Positions 1 through 13,537 are shown, counted from the first letter of the stretch. The stretch: DNA of 64,000 nucleotides from Perna viridis (GCA_037379345.1 CM074511.1:26790862-26854861), one strand, 5' to 3'. Notes: generated by a model from the sequence alone, not told the origin. Numbers and translations are program-made.

Positions 1-451
1 TTATACGTCCTGTCTTAGATGGGAGTATAAAAACTACTTCTAGTTGTGGTTAAACAAGGCTTCTTCGCCCATCCCAAAACTGTTCGAGTGATAAAATTTC
101 AAATATCTGGTATATCTTTTCCCAACTCCCACAGATGAAATTATCCTAAATCAAATTACTGAATACTTCACCTGCACTTAAGGCAAAAACCTTTCCCAGA
201 TTATTGGTTAAGTAAAAAAAAATGAATAAAAAAGATAAGGATCTGACATACTGTGGAGAAAGGATCCCAACAACTTTCTGCAAGATGGTGGAAAAGATAT
301 TTCTGGTACACAAATTTAATTTTCTTTAACTTCTGCAATAACATGCTGTCACGCAATCAAACATGAGAAAGGCTGGACCAATATTTGATCAGAACAAGCT
401 GTTCCTTTACTTCAGTTTATTAAGAATCGGATAACATATTGTACCAATTGA

Positions 452-787
452 TCAATGGCAAGATACAATCAAGTATTTCCATTCTTTGTAGAAAATCTGT
501 TCACCACAAGTAAGACATTTCCGGCAGTAGGTCAATTTCATTACAGGACAACTAACCTCAATACCCTCTTCTTCTTCATCTGAATCGTAGTACGAACTTT
601 GAGGCTGATCTTCATCGGGCGCTGTTGCCACCTCCGTCGGTTGGCGATCTTGGTCAAGCGACAGCACATTTGTGTCATAGTTCAATATATGTGTTTCGCC
701 ATCAACATGTACAAAACCACCCTCCACAACGGGTGAAAACTGCCCGTTTTGGATGCCAAGCTCCTGGTCGTTCCAGTTGTCGGCCAT
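452..787 (-). CDS. Possible short or degenerate coding segment (111 aa from ATG; acidic tract plus CxxCxxC); function unknown, may be a pseudogene or TE-derived fragment
   Basis: ATG in AAGATGGCC context at 787, GC-richer than flanks, DSDEEEE tract and CRKCLTC; frames beyond 452 are quickly closed by stops. Confidence 0.3.
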   Translation of the reverse strand: MADNWNDQELGIQNGQFSPVVEGGFVHVDGETHILNYDTNVLSLDQDRQPTEVATAPDEDQPQSSYYDSDEEEEGIEVSCPVMKLTYCRKCLTCGEQIFYKEWKYLIVSCH

Positions 788-3043
788 CTTTGTTTTCCTA
801 GATACAGACAGGTTCGCACTCAATGATATTTACTGCAAAATTATAATTTTGTGTTATTTTATTTTACTGCATGACATAATATTTTTTAATTTTTCATATT
901 TTGAAAAATAAAAAAAACTACTCGAAAAACTTATTTCTCATTTACCAACAAGTAAATGGTTTCATTACCGTAAATACCATAAATAAATGTAGACAGACCG
1001 TCCCAATACTGAATCGTACCGTTTTTAAACATACCACGTCCGACCCGCCTCGCATTCGAATGTGTTCAACCTTCGGGAATATTAAAAATCGAGCTTTCAT
1101 TTTGAAAAACATAACTTTTCTTTCACTCGCCACCACCACACCCCCCCCCAAAAAAAAAAAAACACAAACAAACAAAACAGAAAAAAAACTAATAATCAAA
1201 CCGTGGCAAAAATTGAAAGGAAACAATCGATGAAATATCAAATGATTCTGAAATTACTTTTTATTGTACCTGAATCATCATTTACTGTGCAGATTATTAA
1301 AATTCTTTTGGCCTAAACTAATCTTTTTTTCTGACGTATTTCTATATTTACTTGTGAAAGTGTATGAGTTTTTCAACGGGGTAAATTGTAAATACAGTAT
1401 CAAGAGTTCTTCGGTATACATGTAATTTCGATTAATTCACCTTTTGAATAGCGGGGTAAGGTTTACATGGTTTTTAGTATACATTTACATATGGTTTATA
1501 TATACTAAGTGCGAATGATACTGAAGAGGGGCCAAAATTAACATGCTTTACCCCATCCTTCGACAGTTAATTTAGATACATCCTTGGGCCTTATGATATA
1601 AAGCTTTTGTATATTTTGCATACTTCCTTATGATTGTTTTAATGGTAATATCATTTAAGTTGGCCAGTCAAACAATCATACCCCCATTAAACGAGTGTGT
1701 GGTATATTGGAATCATATTGTCCGTTCGTCTGTCATGCATTTCGTTCGTCCGAATTTCGTCGCAATTGTCCCGGCTATGTAAATTGATGTGTGACTATGT
1801 AGATGGGTCATACGATGTAAGCGATTTTTGGTTGCTGTTCAACTTGTGGAACTTTGTTATTTTTTCACTTCATGGAATTGTATAGAAATTTTCGCCACGA
1901 AAATCCCAGCACCAAATGGATTCGATGGATTACTTTTACATGTATCTTGGTGTATGGCTTTATATAGTTTGGCAATACATTCGTTGTAGCGATTTGTGAG
2001 TGGGAGTATATTTAAAACGAACACGTGCGCAACTTCTTGTACGTGTCTAAATTTCACCAAAATGCAAAACGAAACAAACACCCCCCCGAAATGTCGTCTA
2101 CAATGAAACATCTAATATCCTCTTTTTTAAAGTACACATGTAAATATAAAATGTTTATTGCGACGAACGCCCAAGCAAAAATACGAATTTCCGTTTTATG
2201 GAAAAATGCTATTAAAAAATCGGCGTCACTGTTCACATTATCAGCGTAAAATTAGAATGCAACCGTAATGTCATGTCAGTAACTAAATGCAGTTATTTCT
2301 CGATCGTCTGGTATATCCATAATAAGCGTAACTAAGTTTGATTTCGGTACATGTAAACAGCTCAGAATTTATTGAAAATTACGCAGGATGTCTTGTTATC
2401 ATAAACACACTTTTCTTATAAATACAACAAACTTCTTCATATTTTAAACCGACCCGGTCACATATGTCTAGAAGTGTTAAGAATTTTTAGTTTTGTTTTT
2501 AAGAGATATACTGATTACAGTTATCTGTTGAGTGAAAGTAAATCAACCCCGCCTTAAAATCGATGTATGGATGATTAAGCACAAGAAAAGAAATCGATCG
2601 GAAATACGTACAAAAGGGAGGGATGCGATATGAAAATTTAAAAAAATAACATGGGAGCATTATTCCCGTGGCGGATTTGAAAAGTGACCTTATGTCGGTT
2701 AGTATTTATACGAAGAAATAGTGTTTGTACAAAAATAGAACTAAAATGTACGTATCATGGTCTTCATTAGTTGACTCGCATATTATATGTTTTTGTGTTA
2801 TACACCCGAAACTGCAATTATTTAGATTTAAAGAGAGAAAATTGCAAAGAGTCCCAATAGCCTACTTCCTATCACAAGTAATTATTTTTTCGAAACACAA
2901 TAAAACAATACAATTTTTACACCTTGTTTTTCTTATTTAAATTTAAATATTTTTCCTCTCTTTGGGTAGAACACTTTGACATGATTAAAGTCGAGTATTG
3001 AGTTATGTAAACTTTGATCTTGTTCACTCCATTTAAAAGAAAT

Positions 3044-4180
3044 ATGCAGAAACCTCAACGACCGAAAAAGAAAGAAGAAGAGCTTGGTCAAAGACGACAT
3101 GATTGGAAAGACTGGGAGAAAAATTACAACCAAATGACGGGATTAAGCTGCAACCGAATGTTTGATGTTTACCAGAAAAACGAGAATGTGCGTGTGCGGA
3201 ACGCATCTGAAATTAAAAGCATTCAAAAAGGAATAGAAAAATTGGATAAAACGAATAGGAGACAAATAGAAACGCTTCGTGAGGACTATAAAGTAATGAT
3301 GGCATATGCCTATGTGTACAGGCTCCATTCAGTTGGTGCAGCGCAAAATCCAGATAATGACGATATTCCATTGATACGGAAGCGTATGAAAGCATCACCG
3401 GCCCAGAATAATTCAAAAGCCGATCCAGACAGACAAATACTCCCGGAAAACATTTTGGACTATTACGACGAAAGGCCTAAATCGTTCCGCTTACCACCAA
3501 TCGAACGGAAGTGGAGACCGGCTTCATTTTCAGGAAATGTATTTGAGGACAATCAAATCCCAGGGGTACATGACTTTTTGTTAAACGATCCGTATCCCAC
3601 CCTTGGTGAGGAAGACATAGAACAGTTGCAGAGAGATAGAGACTCTTTGGATAACATGAATAAAACACAATTACCTGCAGTGGGAACAATGACACTCAAG
3701 CTGGCCAGCTGGCAAAACTATGGAAATCAATTCAAACCAGTAAATAAAGCGAGACCACAAAGGAATGCAATGTCTGAGCCACCTAGCAGGTGGCGAGGGC
3801 GGGAACGAATTTTAAAATCCAGAAATTCTGAACGCCCAAAATCGTATATGCCGGAGTCATCCACGTCAGTTTGTAAAACGCCGATGACATCAAAGAAATT
3901 CTATGATGAAGAGGCTAAAAGGGTACTTCCTAAGTTAACAGCATCGCACCGTAGAATAAAAGAGTCTCAAAAACTGCTCCAAGTGCCGGACCCATTCAAC
4001 AAAGTGATTGATTCAAAGAAAACAACATCTGCAATATTAAGAGAATATCGACATATACAGAAGAAGCAGGGCGTGGTTAAAAAGGGACCAGTAAAAGTAC
4101 CTCATGGAGAAAACGTAGAAACACCAGCAATAAAAATGTTTCAGAACTGGATTGTTTGTAACAACCATTCAGAAACTTAA
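3044..4180 (+). CDS. Uncharacterised 378-aa Lys/Arg/Pro-rich protein (single long exon)
   Basis: 1.1-kb open frame in very AT-rich DNA; first ATG at 3044 (the track start 3014 is TTG); N-terminal helical/coiled-coil-like segment then likely disordered; no family recognised. Confidence 0.7.
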   Translation: MQKPQRPKKKEEELGQRRHDWKDWEKNYNQMTGLSCNRMFDVYQKNENVRVRNASEIKSIQKGIEKLDKTNRRQIETLREDYKVMMAYAYVYRLHSVGAAQNPDNDDIPLIRKRMKASPAQNNSKADPDRQILPENILDYYDERPKSFRLPPIERKWRPASFSGNVFEDNQIPGVHDFLLNDPYPTLGEEDIEQLQRDRDSLDNMNKTQLPAVGTMTLKLASWQNYGNQFKPVNKARPQRNAMSEPPSRWRGRERILKSRNSERPKSYMPESSTSVCKTPMTSKKFYDEEAKRVLPKLTASHRRIKESQKLLQVPDPFNKVIDSKKTTSAILREYRHIQKKQGVVKKGPVKVPHGENVETPAIKMFQNWIVCNNHSET

Positions 4181-6188
4181 CAGTTATAATTTTCTGTGTA
4201 CTGAGTGGTGCACGGAAGGAAACATTTTTACATGACTTGTGGAAGACAATATTCATATATTGCTGAAAAGGACAGAAGTTTATTCTTTGTAGATGATAAA
4301 GAAAAAAATAGCATATACATGTTTTTGACTCGATGAATTCTTCGACAAGTAGAAAACACTGGTTTCTTCTTAAAACAGTCATACTGAGGATAGGGGACAT
4401 TAGAATAAATATATCATTTAAGTGTAAGTGTTTGTAAGAATGAGGCAAAATTTGAAAAATCAGAAACATTCATGCCAAAACCCCACCGATCTGACAATAT
4501 GATTTCGCTCAAGGATGCTTTATTTGAAAAGATCATTATTTGATCTCCGCATCACTGGATTCATTTAGAAATTTTTTCAATAGAATCTTAGAAAAACGAG
4601 GTTTTTGACAGAGTTATCTGCCCTTAAACTGTTCGTTTTCAGTGAATTTCAATGAAATTGTAACTCAGTGGTCCAGCATGATATGGAAAAAATCTTGTCT
4701 GTTTTCCTTGATTCTGATGGTGCAAGTAGTGAAATTACACTATCAAAACGATGGTTTTTATTTCATACAATGTTTCGCCGGCTGCCTGATTCTTACACGG
4801 ACTGACAATTAAATTCATTTGCTATATGATTTGTTTTTCATATTTGGCATTACTATTTGTTTTTGTTTACATGTCACAAATCTGTTGTGACTATTAATTG
4901 ATTGATTGATTTATTGCAAATATTTGCATTAGTTGATCCTATCGATAAAATTTATCGAAAAAAAATCTATCTAAAAAAGAAGATTGCATTTTCTTATATT
5001 AATACTTATGTAGGAAAATTTTCATTTCGAATTTTACCACCTTTTAGTGATGTTGAAAATTTGGCGTATACGTTTCAATGTCAGGTTCCAGACTGTTCAT
5101 GTATTCTAGGCTAAAAACCACTAATTCCACTTCTCATAGGCTTCTATGCTAATTTCACAATATTCAATGGCTTCTCTGGACTTTACCTTAACTTTAACCT
5201 GCAGAGGACTATATATCAGCATGATTCTACATATTTCAGCTCACAATCCTCAGAATGGCATGTGGGGTTAGCAGACTTGCAGTGCAGTACTGGTCACCGG
5301 AAGTGAAGGGTCTATAAATAGCATGGGAAATCCCAGTGTTTTCACAAGATAGGGGTATATTTAAAAATCATTATGGAGATTAGGCTTCACATCACAAGAA
5401 GCAAAATGCACCTATAAAATGTACAGAAATGGTTTTCCTTTCAGAAACTGTTTAAATTTTTTAAATAAGATGAGAACTTTTTTCACAGCACTATGAGGAA
5501 CAGGGGTAATTTCTGCGTAGGACTATTTTTGCGTACGTTCCAAATGCTCATTGGTTGAATTGGTGGTCTGTAACCTATCTAACGGAACGCGTACAATCCG
5601 GATTATATGCATATTTTTTATTAAGGTTATATACCCGTATAGTCCAATCGCACGCGAGTGGTCTAGAACGTGTTTTTTTTTTAATTTTGAATCATATACT
5701 GTTTTTTTTTAGTTTAAATATGGAAGACAGCTGAAATGGAAAGGCGTACAATAAAATAAACATGAATGTAAACAAAAATGAATATTACTAAAAAGTCATT
5801 AGTCAAAGTAATTTAAGACTAAAACTTGCGATTTGTTTTCTGTTTTCGAAGGTGTGTGTTCTAAATGCTCCGACAAAACAAATAAAAAATGAACAATGAA
5901 ATCCATAAATAAAGAAGGCCAGTAATTGATCCACGTGAGGGTTCCGGGATTAGGAACACCCATCCTTTTGTTCAAATATTTTGTTAATTTTGTGCAAAAG
6001 ATTTGGAAAAAATGAGCAAATAATTAATATCCGGGAACCCCCTTAAAGTTTTCTGGATTGCAACTGAAGGCATAGACGATTGCATATAATATAAAGATGC
6101 TTCATTCGAAACACGCTCTATACAGAATAAATACAAACAGAAAATTAAATCCGATAAAATCTAAGATATGGGAATAAGATGTGCTTAA

Positions 6189-6400
6189 GGAGGTAGACCT
6201 AGGGTAAGGGACATAACTCATGAAGTCAGTGATATGCTTGTATCATATTCAATTTCACCAAAGGCTATCAAGCTTTCATTTGACACAGAATGAAATCAAT
6301 CTAAGTTACTTTGATGCTTATATGACATTGATGTAAAATGCTGAATACTAAAGTTCCAATGATTTGTAAGGGTTGTGTCCCTTACCTTAGGTCTACCTCT
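6189..6400. mobile_element. Non-autonomous TIR element (MITE), Kolobok-like, copy 1
   Basis: TIR GGAGGTAGACCTAGGGTAAGGGACA...TGTCCCTTACCTTAGGTCTACCTCT flanked by TTAA on both sides; related copies at 17379 and 26196. Confidence 0.75.
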
Positions 6401-7072
6401 TTAAATAGTCTGTCATACTATGTAGGTGTTAATTAACATAAAGTCTTAGGTAAAGTTACAGAATTTCAAAACACACTTCGCAATACTCTGAGTTAATGAC
6501 AAACAAACATTCTAGTTACAAACTACGTACTTTATAGAGCCTGGAAAAGACTCACTATTTAAGACATCGACCGTTTTGTGAGCGAGTGGCTTGTTTGTTT
6601 GTTTGGTTTTTTTTTAAGAAGAATAATCAAAATTTCATCAGTTTTGTTTTATTTTGCTTAGCTATGGTCAACAAATATCGATTATTTTTTTTTTAAAAAG
6701 TTTTTACTTTGTCACCCAGTCAACGAAAAATCCAGTACCCCCTTCTATTTTAAAGGAGAAAATTGTTTTTGCCTACTTATAATTATTTTAATCATGATAA
6801 GTTTAAGATTGATGGAGCTTCAATACATTTAAAAATGTGTGTTCCTTACATTTATTTTCCACGCATCATTTATTTTTATGAGGCAAAAAAAAATAATAAT
6901 TGTCTTTTTCCTTGCGACCAGCAAAAAAGGGTAGTTAGGTAGTCAAATTATTTAATTTTTCAAAACATTTTACATTGAGTCAATGTGGGAGGAACCTAGA
7001 CTTTAATAATGCTTGTACCAAATGGCCATATAATGTATAGGGTAGGCACAAAATAAACTAGGGCATGTAGGG

Positions 7073-7158
7073 CACCCTCCCAAGTCAGGGTTTTGAGTCC
7101 TCATTCGCTCATTTTTGAGGGAGCGAGGATGGATTCAAAACCCTGATTTGGGAGGATG
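7073..7158. mobile_element. Small fold-back (hairpin) MITE with ~9-bp target-site duplication
   Basis: Near-perfect palindrome CACCCTCCCAAGTCAGGGTTTTGAGTCC...GGATTCAAAACCCTGATTTGGGAGGATG flanked by (c/t)ATGTAGGG direct repeats. Confidence 0.6.
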
Positions 7159-7558
7159 TATGTAGGGTAGCAAGGAACAGACATATTTTTGTCAAATATA
7201 TGGCCAGTAGGCCCACATACCGATATGTTTGATAAGAAGACTTTTTTCTTGTTGTTTTTACTAGAAGTCAAATGAAATTTTCTTGTTCACCAAGTTCTGT
7301 GTTTTGTTAAATACAATGAAATGTTCACTGTATACAAGGACTTTATATCTACATTGATATACACTCCCTGTTGTGTACAAAGGATGCAGGGACGAGTAGG
7401 ATATATAGCGATCTGTCGGATTGTCGTTTTAAGCAAAACAATTATTAGGAGAATTACGGTAATATTAACATAAGGTTTGATAACTCACTTGCAACGGCAG
7501 TTACCTCCCTTCATAGATATTTACAACTTGTAGATAGACAGTAGAAAAAAGGCCTACC

Positions 7559-7645
7559 ATGGATGCAGGCCCTGTCAGAAAGGGCGAGGGCCTGCCCAAA
7601 TTAAGGGACCTTCTTAGAAGACAAAGAGAAGACTCTCTTACTGAG
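7559..7645 (+). CDS. STRIP1: Striatin-interacting protein (STRIP1/2, FAM40) coding exon 1
   Basis: ACCATGG start; MDAGPVRKGEGLPKLRDLLRRQREDSLTE; GT donor at 7646; in phase with exon 2. Confidence 0.75.
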
Positions 7646-9672
7646 GTACCTAATAATTAATTGCCTTTATACTGTATAAGAACCGAAGGGATAATGTCAA
7701 AGAGCATGAATTGTTCATGTGTTATGTCTTATGATTGTAGATAATACTCATCCTGGCATATATATGCTATAATTTTCTTCTTTTTATATCTGGACAGCCT
7801 ACTTGTATTTTTGTGGAAATGGATTTTAAAAGTTTGAAGATGAAGGGGGCATTGAAACTGAGGATAATTATTCCTTATAAGTTGATTAATTTATATGAAT
7901 GATTGTTGGGGTTTAACGCTGGAGCAGCAGTATTACAGTTATATTCAGGCTAGATTAATTTAAGTCTTCCTGTAATGCTGTATTGACTCTTAGTCAACTC
8001 CGGTAAGTTATACTGGGGCCTAACTGTATCACGGTAGTTAACTGTTCCAATTACAAATTCTAACCTTTCATTGCATTAAACCTATTTTTCTGATGCAGCA
8101 TCTTTCGGTATGCTTGCCAAAAAAAAAAAGGCCAATTTCTGTGCCTAAAAAAATGTTATCATTTAATCATGTTATTCAAAAGAAAATTCTCTTAAATCAT
8201 TTTTATAAAAAACTTGCAAAGGTAGTTTGTAAGGATGCACTTTACTTCAACAACTTTTCAATGGAATGTTCAAATGTCTTCCTTTTTCAATCATGAAATG
8301 ATGTGCACTAATTCTCTGTTTGCACAGATTAGATCTATCAGATAAACAAGATAATTTGTCTATGTAAGCTGGTCTTATACCCATTTCATAGACCCTTTGG
8401 AATAATGACAATTTGGAAGAGCTATATATTCTGCAATTTTGTTCTTGGGTACACTGGTCAATAATTCTTTGTTTGATTTGCTCCAAGTGTAGCTTAAGCA
8501 AGCTTTATTTATTTATTAAGTAACTATATCCCAGGGAGTTTAATAATCCTTCAATTTGTTTTGTCCATAAATTTGACATTACATATAAATTCGAAGTTGT
8601 CCCTAATTTTCCTATCCTAGAGAAAACTTAGACAAATATGTAAGTTTACACTTAGTCTCTAAGTCAAGCACAACAAATACTTAAAATGTGCATTGTTTCA
8701 TTTTCTTGATCTAGCCATACTGCTATACAGTGGGACCCACAATGTAGTGGAAACAGAGTATACACTGAATCTGGATGTGTTGGCCATAAATTATTTTTGC
8801 ACCCTAGTGGTATTGACTTTTTATTTCTGGATTGTTATTATATTTCTAATGATTATTAATAATTTATTACATCATACGAAAGTATTGCTTGTATATTTTA
8901 TCACCTAGAGTTTCCATCATGTTCAGACATTTTACAGATTGGCCTTTGTTGCAACATTGATTGCACACACATGTATATATTTTTAGGTGGCAAAATAATG
9001 TTTCATTAATTTAAGTAAAAACACAAAACATATGTCCAACTGAGACTGTTTATTCTTTTTTTTTTTGTGTATCATTTGTCCATCTCATGAATGGCATTCG
9101 ATGTGAAATTTTCCTATGACAATTTCTTTTGATAATGTACATATTGTATTGTATACATGTATTGTACAAAATGTTTATGATATGCATGTATGTTTACATG
9201 TACATAAATTTATCTAAAGTGCATAACCAGTCACACCAAACAACCCAATGCAAACAAGTATATACATGTATACTAGGGTGAAAACTTCCAAGACCTGTAA
9301 CACTACAGCTCTTGCTAAGTATTGATGTTGGTGGGGAGTTTGAGATTTAACCATTTATTATCTCTTATGCAATATTCTTCACACAAAAACTTAAATGAAT
9401 ACAGTAAAGAATAGTTTGGCATTTAAATATTGGAGATATTGTGAACAATTTGTTTCTTGCAAGTGCAAAAATATTTAATTCTGTTCAGCAGCAGCTGGAG
9501 TTTTAATTTTTATTTAAAAGTTTACAGGAGTAATATTGAATTATAATATCTACAATGTATTTCTGTCTATGGCTGAGTAAAAAAAAAAGCTAAAATTTGG
9601 AATAATTTTATTTTTTACAAAAATATCCCAGGCCCTGTAACCATGGAGTAAACCTGTATTTTAATATTGTAG

Positions 9673-9742
9673 AGCATGACAGATAGTCCCGATATAGAAT
9701 TCCTGTATGATGACGCTGATACTTACCAGTCAGAGATGTCAG
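9673..9742 (+). CDS. STRIP1: STRIP exon 2
   Basis: AG/GT bounded; SMTDSPDIEFLYDDADTYQSEMS matches the STRIP N-terminal (N1221-like) region. Confidence 0.9.
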
Positions 9743-10302
9743 GTACATTTGTAAATTATTAAACACGGGTGATTTGTCATTTTACAATGCAGTCTTTGCC
9801 GTCTAAATTTCATACAACACGCCCCTACTCTCTATCTAAAAAGAATTTTATATAGGATACATTTGCTTGGATGCAAAATATCTGCAAGCCCGCTGCTATT
9901 TTCACCAGCACTGGCTGATGGGCTAGTCCCAATTTCAGAGACTGCAATGCACATGTAATATCCCAAACAGTTGTGGAAAATGATGGAGATGTTCTTTCTG
10001 ACTATAGGTAGATTTGATTATTAAATACAGTGTGTTAAGAAAGAAATTTGTGGCCCCTAATGAAATTCTGAAATTTGTCGTCTTTTTACTTGTTCAGCTG
10101 TGTTGCACTGGTGCAGAAAAAAGTTCTCAACATTTTAGTATTAATACATGAAATCAAATTATTATGATAATAACATTATGGTGCAATATCACTACAAGGA
10201 AACTACCATATACTTGTATGTACATTATACTTGTATGTACATTGTACATACATGTATACATTGCTTATAAATGATACATACATGTTTTTTTTGTGTATTC
10301 AG

Positions 10303-10377
10303 AGCTCTATAGCTACACAGAGGAAGGTGAATTTGTTTTAAACAGACAAGCATTTGAAGAAGGATTCAAGGCTAAAG
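10303..10377 (+). CDS. STRIP1: STRIP exon 3
   Basis: AG/GT; ELYSYTEEGEFVLNRQAFEE conserved motif. Confidence 0.92.
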
Positions 10378-10969
10378 GTATGTTAAAGAGCTAATTGATA
10401 CATATGTACACATATCCTTCGTTCTTGGTTTAACTAATACGAGAGTGTATGGTATTTATTGAAAGAGTAGACATTTAATCAGCTTACTGTATCTGCTTTA
10501 AGAGTAGAGAACTTGTTAAATGAGAAAAATAAAAAATTTCCCATGAGTTTTATTGTATAAAATGGTAATCTTGTTTCATTATGGATATGAATCCACAAGT
10601 GTTCTGGTCATGTTAAATGTAATGCTTTTTTAGACCACTGGCTTAAATGTTTATTTTTTCCCTCTTATCAATATAAATATTAGTGGTAGCATGAAAAAAA
10701 ATAGGATTAGAGAAACTTAAAAAACACTTTTTTGCCGTAAACTCCCTGTGCTTGATTTTAATATGGCCACAAAAAATAGGTGTATTCATTGATAGTATGG
10801 TGCTGTCATTCATGATATTGTATTGTTTTGAATGTTCATGTCATTTTTCCTTTTGGGTAAAAGTAAAATTGTGCTAAAAGGTTCCATAGCACAAGAATAA
10901 TGTTTTTAATGAATTTACAGCAAAGCTGATGTTTTTAAAACTTGAAGGCAACATTGTGCTCTTTTACAG

Positions 10970-11101
10970 GTCATGAAAAGTGGATAGATTCACCTGAAGA
11001 TGTAAGAAGAAAGCATATTGTATTCTTACAGAATGAATTAGAAGTGGCGGATAAGGAAAGAAGGACAGATGCAATACATGCTGTATTGTATTTAGTTCAG
11101 G
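10970..11101 (+). CDS. STRIP1: STRIP exon 4
   Basis: AG/GT; HEKW...LEVADKERR...AVLYLVQG. Confidence 0.92.
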
Positions 11102-11666
11102 GTAAGTGCTGCTATTGCCACTTTCTTTTCAGATGATTTTTTTTTGATTAGCCAATCAGATTCAGCTTTCAAGATTGTGGAATTATTATTTCAAGGGGAA
11201 AATCCAGAGAATCGGAAAAGGTCATTTGAAGAAAAAATAGAAAGGAGTGTTGTTAAATCCTACATTCAGTGACTAAATTGAACCATAAGTAGGTTTTGTT
11301 TCATTTAAATCAGCAAGTTTTAATATTACCCAGAAGCTGAGTAGGTTTATAGAATGGAGGGATGACTTTTTCTTTTGCTATGTCTTATTGTATTCATCAC
11401 TTACTTTTTTCTCTTTCATATTTGAGTTCTGTTATTGGCATACCAATGATTGAATTTATAAAGTAGCTTTGTGGTAACCTTCTTGAAAATTACACTTTTG
11501 TTTTATCAATATATTGCTAATTTGAGTGTCATAAAAAATGTATTTATTTCTTTTTTTTTATGAGGAAGGCTAATAAATTTTATTCCATTTTATGTTCATA
11601 CAAATAGAAAGTAGAATTTAAATCTATATGGTGTTGTTTTATGATACATAAATACATATTATCCAG

Positions 11667-11787
11667 GTGTGTTTGGAGAATGTGATTCTTTAGAACAACA
11701 AACTGAATGGGAACACAGAAATGTCCACATGTTATATGAACAGGGAATGTTTACCTCGTTCGTAGAACTGTTGTCAATGGAAACAGA
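11667..11787 (+). CDS. STRIP1: STRIP exon 5
   Basis: AG/GT; VFGECDSLEQQ...FVELLSME, phase-compatible. Confidence 0.9.
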
Positions 11788-12316
11788 GTAAGACATTCTC
11801 AATTTCACACCCTACAGACGTACGAAAAAAAAAATCCAAGGATCATAAGTTTGTAAAAATAACACGATAGAACTAAAGCTTTTATACCTTGAACTTGTCT
11901 AGATATAACTATTATCGACATATTAAGTCAATACATCAAACTGCTACCAAAAAATCTGAACAACTGAATGATGCAGATTGACTGAAAGACAAAAACTTAT
12001 CTGAATTATTCTGGTATACCACCCTTTCTTCATGATTACCAGCCAGAAATCTTTCTTATCTTTTCTGTTCCATTCTTTATACTTCCGCTGAAATGCATAA
12101 AAAACATCAAACATAATTTTTTGAAAATGAATTTTGTTGATGTAGATAAAGATAATATCAAATATCAGTAATTTATTTGCATTTAAGGATGCAAAAGGGA
12201 CACAACAAGTTGTGCAAAAAAGATTAGGGTTGTTCAGTTTCTATTAAAGTGGTACAACAGTTTGTTTTTAGAATTTATCCAAACATGAACGTAATTATAT
12301 TCAGTATGATAGAATA

Positions 12317-12421
12317 CATACTGCCTGCAGTTTAGGGTGGTACTTAGAAAAGAATATCACCCTCGACTTCGTCTTGGACAATATATAATCTAGTATACCA
12401 CTCTCAACTGCAGGCAGTGTG
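12317..12421. mobile_element. Fold-back MITE in STRIP intron 5
   Basis: Inverted arms CATACTGCCTGCAGTTTAGGGTGGTA / TACCACTCTCAACTGCAGGCAGTGTG. Confidence 0.5.
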
Positions 12422-12632
12422 TGTACAGTACTAGTCTCCTTTGCTTTCCACCAGTAGGGGACAGATGATATAAAACATGCATGTTAAAATTTTTAAACGC
12501 TCATTGTTGAAATTCCTTGAAAAATTTGCATAAAACTGATTGTCTTTTATTTGGTCATTCTAATATGGAACAATTTAACAATGGAATATTAAACTCCATA
12601 GGCTTTTTCACCATGCTAACTGTATATTGTAG

Positions 12633-12701
12633 AAATGCAGAGGCTGCTTCAGAAGCAATGACCAAGCCAGCTGTATCAATAGCTGACAGTTTGGATCTCA
12701 G
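12633..12701 (+). CDS. STRIP1: STRIP exon 6
   Basis: AG/GT; NAEAASEAMTKPAVSIADSLDLR. Confidence 0.9.
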
Positions 12702-13068
12702 GTATTTTTTTAAATATTATTTTTACAGCATGACCTTTTTTATGGGAGGTGACATATTGTTTTTGCTTTGTCTGTTCTCCATTACAAAATGTTTTCAAGG
12801 CCTGACAACAACCAACCATTTAAATATAGCAACAACACATAATGTTTAATTTACATGATTTTTCTTCTGTCAGCAAGTTTGTTTACAGTATCCCATTTTT
12901 TTTCATCAGTACATGTACAATTTGTAAATGGGCAAAACATATCATAGTATAAATAGTTAAGATTTTCATCATTTGTACTTAAAAGTTTATTTTTAAACAT
13001 TCTTGTTCCATGAATAGCAAGAATGATAGATGATTAAATCTACATTCTCTTTTTTTTTCATTTTTCAG

Positions 13069-13175
13069 AATGATTTTGAGTATATTGTACACAGTTGTAG
13101 AAACTATGAGGGTACCTTTACAACCAGAAACAGAGGAACATAAGAGGAACAGAGAACTGTTTAAGGAAGAACTCG
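13069..13175 (+). CDS. STRIP1: STRIP exon 7
   Basis: AG/GT; MILSILYTVVETMR...FKEEL. Confidence 0.9.
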
Positions 13176-13323
13176 GTATGTGTCTAGTATACTTGAATTT
13201 AGTGTCCTTTTGATAGATATATTTATTATTGGATATCAAGTTTTTCCTAAAGCCAGAGAACAAGTGCTCAGATTTGTTGTTGTTGTTGTTGAAATTCCTG
13301 AGAAGTATTTAACATTTGAAAAT

Positions 13324-13537
13324 TATAGTGAAACCTGTCTAAACTGAACCTTTGGAATTCAAATTTGGATTAATAAATTAGATATTTTATTTACGAAGGT
13401 TCAAAAGCATATATATTAATGTAAAGGGACTTTAAAAAGTGTGTTTTAGACAGGTCTTTGTATTATTCAGGGTTCCAAAGACCTGTTTTGACAGGTTTTC
13501 AATTATTCAGGTTTCAGTTAAGATGGTTTTTACTGTA
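13324..13537. mobile_element. Degenerate TA-flanked MITE (Tc1/mariner-type ends)
   Basis: TATAGTGAAACCTGTCTAAACTGAA ... TTCAGTTAAGATGGTTTTTACTGTA imperfect terminal inverted repeats. Confidence 0.45.

Noticed and set aside
901-2940. Several 60-110-aa ORFs here, and similar ones in STRIP introns
   Set aside because: Low-complexity, mostly non-ATG starts, no coding signal; expected by chance
7459-7533. Short 5' UTR intron of STRIP (GTAATA...TTGTAG)
   Set aside because: Plausible but cannot be supported without transcript data
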